Source: a virus (taxonomy: Duplodnaviria; Heunggongvirae; Uroviricota; Caudoviricetes). From it: a stretch of DNA of 29,277 nt. Location of the stretch: the IMG/VR virus record IMGVR_UViG_2660238524_000011; one strand, 5' to 3'. Below, piece after piece: positions 25,908 through 29,277 of the stretch. The notes beneath the pieces were generated by a model, which had not been told where the DNA came from, ran no database searches, and saw only the letters and a program-made list of their open reading frames with translations. Position numbers and translations under genes: made by a program. Each line of letters opens with the position of its first letter. Within the stretch, counting starts at the first letter, position 1.

Positions 25908-26371
25908 TGAACGTTCTGCCCGTCCTTGATGCGGTACTGGCCCGGTTACGCGAGAAGCTGCCGCAACTGCAGGTGGAGTACTTCCCGGAGAAACCGGCTG
26001 AATATCGCCTGAACCATCCGGTTGGCGCGTTGCTGTTGAGCTATGCCGGTTCGCGCTTTGACAGGCCGGATGATACCGGTGCGGTGATCCAGTCTCAGAC
26101 TATCCAGCTCTGCGTCACGGTGGTCTTCCGCCAGCTCAACGGTAAAAAAGGGGCGATTAATGTCCTGGATGCTGTCCGCCGCATTCTCGGTGGCCACACC
26201 CCGCCCGGCTGCCGCCGCCGTATCTGGCTGACCCGCGAGGTGTTTATCGGTGAAGTCAGGGGGCTGTGGCAGTACGCCCTCGACTTCGCGACTGAAAGCG
26301 TCTTTATCGAAGACAGCGATTTACCGTCCGGCCCGCTGTTAACCGAAGTGAACTATGAGGAAAGCGAGTGA
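25907..26371 (+). CDS. Mu gp37-like protein (DUF1834-like)
   Basis: 154 aa; overlapping stop/start (ATGA) with flanking genes. Confidence 0.5.
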   Translation: MNVLPVLDAVLARLREKLPQLQVEYFPEKPAEYRLNHPVGALLLSYAGSRFDRPDDTGAVIQSQTIQLCVTVVFRQLNGKKGAINVLDAVRRILGGHTPPGCRRRIWLTREVFIGEVRGLWQYALDFATESVFIEDSDLPSGPLLTEVNYEESE

Positions 26372-26622
26372 TGAAAGAATACCGCTATTCCGGCCCGGCC
26401 AGCGGCGTCACGCTGTCGGACGGAACCGAAATCCTGCTCTGGCCGGGGAAGACGGTTTCCCTGCCGGAGGAGCATGACTACGTGAAGGTACTGGTGGCGC
26501 TGAAACATCTGACGCCGGTACCTGAAGAGACTAAACCCGCCGGCACACCGGCTGTGCAGTCACCAAAGCGCAGAAGCAGCAGTGACAGCGAAGTGAAAAC
26601 GGAGGACACCCATGGCAGCTAA
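26368..26622 (+). CDS. small late protein (84 aa)
   Basis: Translationally coupled between the gp37-like and sheath genes. Confidence 0.4.
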   Translation: MMKEYRYSGPASGVTLSDGTEILLWPGKTVSLPEEHDYVKVLVALKHLTPVPEETKPAGTPAVQSPKRRSSSDSEVKTEDTHGS

Positions 26623-28039
26623 CTATCTGCATGGTCCCGAAACCATTGAGGTGGAAAACGGTGCCCGCCCGGTTAAAACGGTGAAATCTGCCGTTATTGG
26701 CCTGATTGGTACCGCCCCGATGGGGGATGTCAATACGCTGGTACAGTGCCTGTCTGAGAAAGACGCAGCGGCATTTGGCAGCCAGTTCACCGGCTTTACC
26801 ATTCCGCAGGCGCTGGATGCGATTTATGACCATGGTGCAGGCACCGTTCTGGTCATTAACGTCCTCGACCCGGCGAAACATAAAACGGCGATCGAGGATG
26901 AGGTGGTTACCTTTGACAAATCGACAGGGCAGGCCAGACTGGCGCATCCGGTTGTCGCTAATGTGGTGGTGAAAAACAGTGAAGGCAGCACCACCCACAC
27001 GGCGAACACGGACTACCGTGTTGATGCGCAGGCGGGTGTGCTCACGAACCTGGGCAAGGCTATTGAGGCCGGTGGCAGCGTGAAGGTGAGCTATGAGTAC
27101 GCGGACCCGTCGAAGGTGACTGCGGCGGACATCATCGGCGGGGTGAACAGCGCCGGAAACCGAACCGGCATGAAGCTGCTTAACGACAGCTTCAACCTGT
27201 ACGGCTATTTCGCCAAAATTCTGATTGCGCCGGTGTTCTGCACCCAGAAGAGTGTCGCAGTTGAGCTTATCGCCATGGCAGAGAAGCTGGGCGCGGTAAC
27301 CTACATTGATGCGCCTGTCGGTACCACCTTTGCACAGGCTCTGGCAGGTCGTGGCCCGGAAGGCACCATCAACTTCAATACCAGCTCCGACCGCGTCCGT
27401 CTGTGCTATCCGCATGTGAAGGTATATGACCCGGTGACAAACACAGAGCGTCTGGAGCCGCTCAGCCAGCGTGCAGCAGGTCTGCGTGCCAGAGTCGATC
27501 TGGACAAGGGCTACTGGTGGTCATCCTCCAATCAGGAGATTCTGGGGATCACCGGCGTGGAGCGCCAGCTGTCCGCGATGATTGATGACCCGCAGAGTGA
27601 GGTGAACCTGCTTAACGAACAGGGGATCACCACGGTATTCAGCAGTTACGGCAGCGGCCTTCGTCTGTGGGGTAACCGGACGGCAGCATGGCCAACGGTC
27701 ACCCATATGCGTAACTTTGAGAACGTTCGCCGCACCGGTGATGTGATCAACGAGTCCATTCGTTATTTCAGCCAGCAGTACATCGACATGCCGATTACTC
27801 AGGCGCTGATTGATGCACTGACGGAGTCGGTCAACGCCTACGGTCGCAAAATGACTGGTGATGGTGCGGTACTGGGCTTCCGTTGCTGGTTTGATCCGGC
27901 CCGCAATCCGGAGACGGAGCTGGCCGCCGGGCACCTGTTGCTGAGCTACAAATATACGCCACCACCGCCGCTGGAGCGACTGACGTTTGAGACTGAGATC
28001 ACCTCGGAATACCTGTTAACCCTGAAAGGGGGCAACTGA
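26612..28039 (+). CDS. contractile tail sheath protein (Mu L-like)
   Basis: 475 aa directly upstream of the tube gene. Confidence 0.8.
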   Translation: MAANYLHGPETIEVENGARPVKTVKSAVIGLIGTAPMGDVNTLVQCLSEKDAAAFGSQFTGFTIPQALDAIYDHGAGTVLVINVLDPAKHKTAIEDEVVTFDKSTGQARLAHPVVANVVVKNSEGSTTHTANTDYRVDAQAGVLTNLGKAIEAGGSVKVSYEYADPSKVTAADIIGGVNSAGNRTGMKLLNDSFNLYGYFAKILIAPVFCTQKSVAVELIAMAEKLGAVTYIDAPVGTTFAQALAGRGPEGTINFNTSSDRVRLCYPHVKVYDPVTNTERLEPLSQRAAGLRARVDLDKGYWWSSSNQEILGITGVERQLSAMIDDPQSEVNLLNEQGITTVFSSYGSGLRLWGNRTAAWPTVTHMRNFENVRRTGDVINESIRYFSQQYIDMPITQALIDALTESVNAYGRKMTGDGAVLGFRCWFDPARNPETELAAGHLLLSYKYTPPPPLERLTFETEITSEYLLTLKGGN

Positions 28040-28560
28040 TGTCAAAGATTGAGATAAACCGCATCACGAATGCCAACATCTATCTGGATGGTACTAACCT
28101 GCTGGGACGGGCTGAGGAAGTTAAACTCCCCGATGTCTCCATGATTATGCAGGAACACAAGGCGCTGGGGATGGTGGGTAAGGTGGAACTCCCGGCTGGT
28201 TTTGACAAACTGGAAGGCGAAATCAAATGGAACAGCTTTTACCGCGATGCGATGCTGTCTGCCGCGAACCCGTACAGGTCGCTGGCACTGCAGTGTCGTT
28301 CCAGCGTCCAGCGCTACAGCTCGCAGGGGCTGATTGACGAAATCCCGCTGGTCACCTTCCTGACGATTATGTTCAAGAAGAACCCGCTGGGGACGTTCAA
28401 ACAGCACGAGAACGCCGAGTTCTCCAGTAGCTTCACCTGCACGTATATCAGACAGGTACTGGATGGTGAAGAGCTGCTGCAACTGGACTATCTGGCCAAC
28501 ATCTTCCGGGTCGGCGGTGTTGATCAACTGACTGACTACCGTATCAATATCGGGGGCTGA
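28039..28560 (+). CDS. tail tube protein (Mu M-like)
   Basis: 173 aa immediately after the sheath gene with overlapping stop/start. Confidence 0.75.
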   Translation: MSKIEINRITNANIYLDGTNLLGRAEEVKLPDVSMIMQEHKALGMVGKVELPAGFDKLEGEIKWNSFYRDAMLSAANPYRSLALQCRSSVQRYSSQGLIDEIPLVTFLTIMFKKNPLGTFKQHENAEFSSSFTCTYIRQVLDGEELLQLDYLANIFRVGGVDQLTDYRINIGG

Positions 28561-28562
28561 CG

Positions 28563-28844
28563 GTGAGTGTTGAACTGACGGATAAAGGAGGACGATGTGC
28601 GGCACTGGGCATGTCAAATGGTACGTGGTTTACCCTCCTTGATATTCCGGGGGTGGAAACCCTTTTTAATACCCGTAAAACCAATGACCCGATTGACTGC
28701 ACACGTTCAAAGGCCCGCAAACTGGCGGATTTGATTGAAGCATGGGAGCCTCCCGACCACTGGTTCTCCGGCATCGGCAAATCTGAGGGAAAGACGCTTC
28801 TCATCGCTTTCCTGCGTAACTGCAAGGGGTTTCGCACTTGCTGA
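28563..28844 (+). CDS. hypothetical small protein (93 aa), possible moron
   Basis: GTG start at 28563 preceded by GGGGG. Cys-containing product with no recognisable structural role, followed by a terminator-like hairpin. Confidence 0.35.
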   Translation: MSVELTDKGGRCAALGMSNGTWFTLLDIPGVETLFNTRKTNDPIDCTRSKARKLADLIEAWEPPDHWFSGIGKSEGKTLLIAFLRNCKGFRTC

Positions 28845-28851
28845 CATCACA

Positions 28852-28876
28852 GGGGCTCCGGCCCCTTCTTCTTAAT
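28852..28876 (+). terminator. putative intrinsic terminator
   Basis: GGGGC-tccg-GCCCC hairpin followed by TTCTTCTT, directly after the 93-aa ORF. Confidence 0.4.
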
Positions 28877-28941
28877 CTCCTTTAATATCCGTCACGCGCT
28901 TCTCCCGACATACTGCCCTGAACTTACACAGGAGCACAATC

Positions 28942-29277
28942 ATGTCACAGACCCCATCCGATACTTTTAAATTGTCTTATCCCTTCACCACTGCTGCAGG
29001 CACCAGAATTGAGCTGGTTGAACTGAAACGCCTGACGGTAAAAGACCTGAAGCAGGTGCGCAAAATCAGCAAAAACCCGGCAGACTGGGACGAACCGCTG
29101 ATTGCCCGCAGTACTGGTCTTCTCCCGGAGGATCTCGACAATATGGATCTGGCTGATTACCTGCAGTTACAGAAACGATTTCAGCTCATCACGGGGATGG
29201 GTGAGAGCAACCAGGGCGCTGACGCAGGCGCAGGGGCTGCTGGCGAGATGGTTCCGGTTTCAGCCGGGGGAGATTGA
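28942..29277 (+). CDS. tail assembly chaperone (gpE/gpG-like)
   Basis: 111 aa with AGGAG RBS, located after the tube gene and before the expected tape-measure gene. Confidence 0.55.
   Translation: MSQTPSDTFKLSYPFTTAAGTRIELVELKRLTVKDLKQVRKISKNPADWDEPLIARSTGLLPEDLDNMDLADYLQLQKRFQLITGMGESNQGADAGAGAAGEMVPVSAGGD

Larger units (their letters stand above)
1..29277. mobile_element. Mu-like transposable prophage (partial; early region leftward, late region rightward)
   Basis: Co-occurrence of Mor, GemA-like, Gam, AAA+ B-like ATPase, DDE transposase, Ner-like and XRE repressor genes, a lysis cassette and Mu-type terminase/portal/F/G/I/T/sheath/tube genes. No tyrosine or serine recombinase. Phage ends are not inside the window. 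Confidence 0.75.

Noticed and set aside
26531-27415. 294-aa minus-strand ORF
   Set aside because: Antisense to the tail sheath gene; no independent support.
1-29277. CRISPR arrays, tRNA or rRNA genes, integrase or att site
   Set aside because: No regularly spaced direct repeats, no tRNA-like cloverleaf candidates in intergenic DNA, and no tyrosine or serine recombinase-like ORF; consistent with a transposable phage whose ends lie outside the window.

Overview
The window reads as the left and central part of a Mu-like transposable prophage from an enterobacterial-type genome, with early genes on the minus strand and late genes on the plus strand (a layout I recall from BcepMu-type phages). 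Gene calls rest on motif recognition in the translated ORFs and on start/stop context read from the sequence; no database search was possible. Positions 1-8267 (minus strand) carry a tightly packed, translationally coupled early operon: Ner-like regulator, winged-helix HTH protein, conserved 304-aa early protein, DDE transposase (A-like), AAA+ transposition ATPase (B-like), Gam, a run of small proteins, GemA-like and Mor. Positions 8318-15425 form a variable immunity and accessory region. It contains two divergent copies of the control module (Ner-like, HTH and 304/306-aa proteins about 85-90% identical, but unrelated repressors and different operator palindromes), joined by an in-frame chimeric ORF (transposase N-terminus fused to a fragment of a P-loop gene). 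The accessory genes here are the most plausible place for an undescribed system: a two-gene membrane module co-oriented with repressor 1, an orphan Dam methyltransferase, and a P-loop protein flanked by small genes. Positions 15556-29277 (plus strand) are a conventional late region: holin-like protein, SLT endolysin, Rz with embedded Rz1, Mu-type terminase, portal, head genes, sheath, tube, a 93-aa moron with its own terminator, and a tail assembly chaperone. No rRNA, tRNA, CRISPR array or integrase was seen; phage ends are outside the window.
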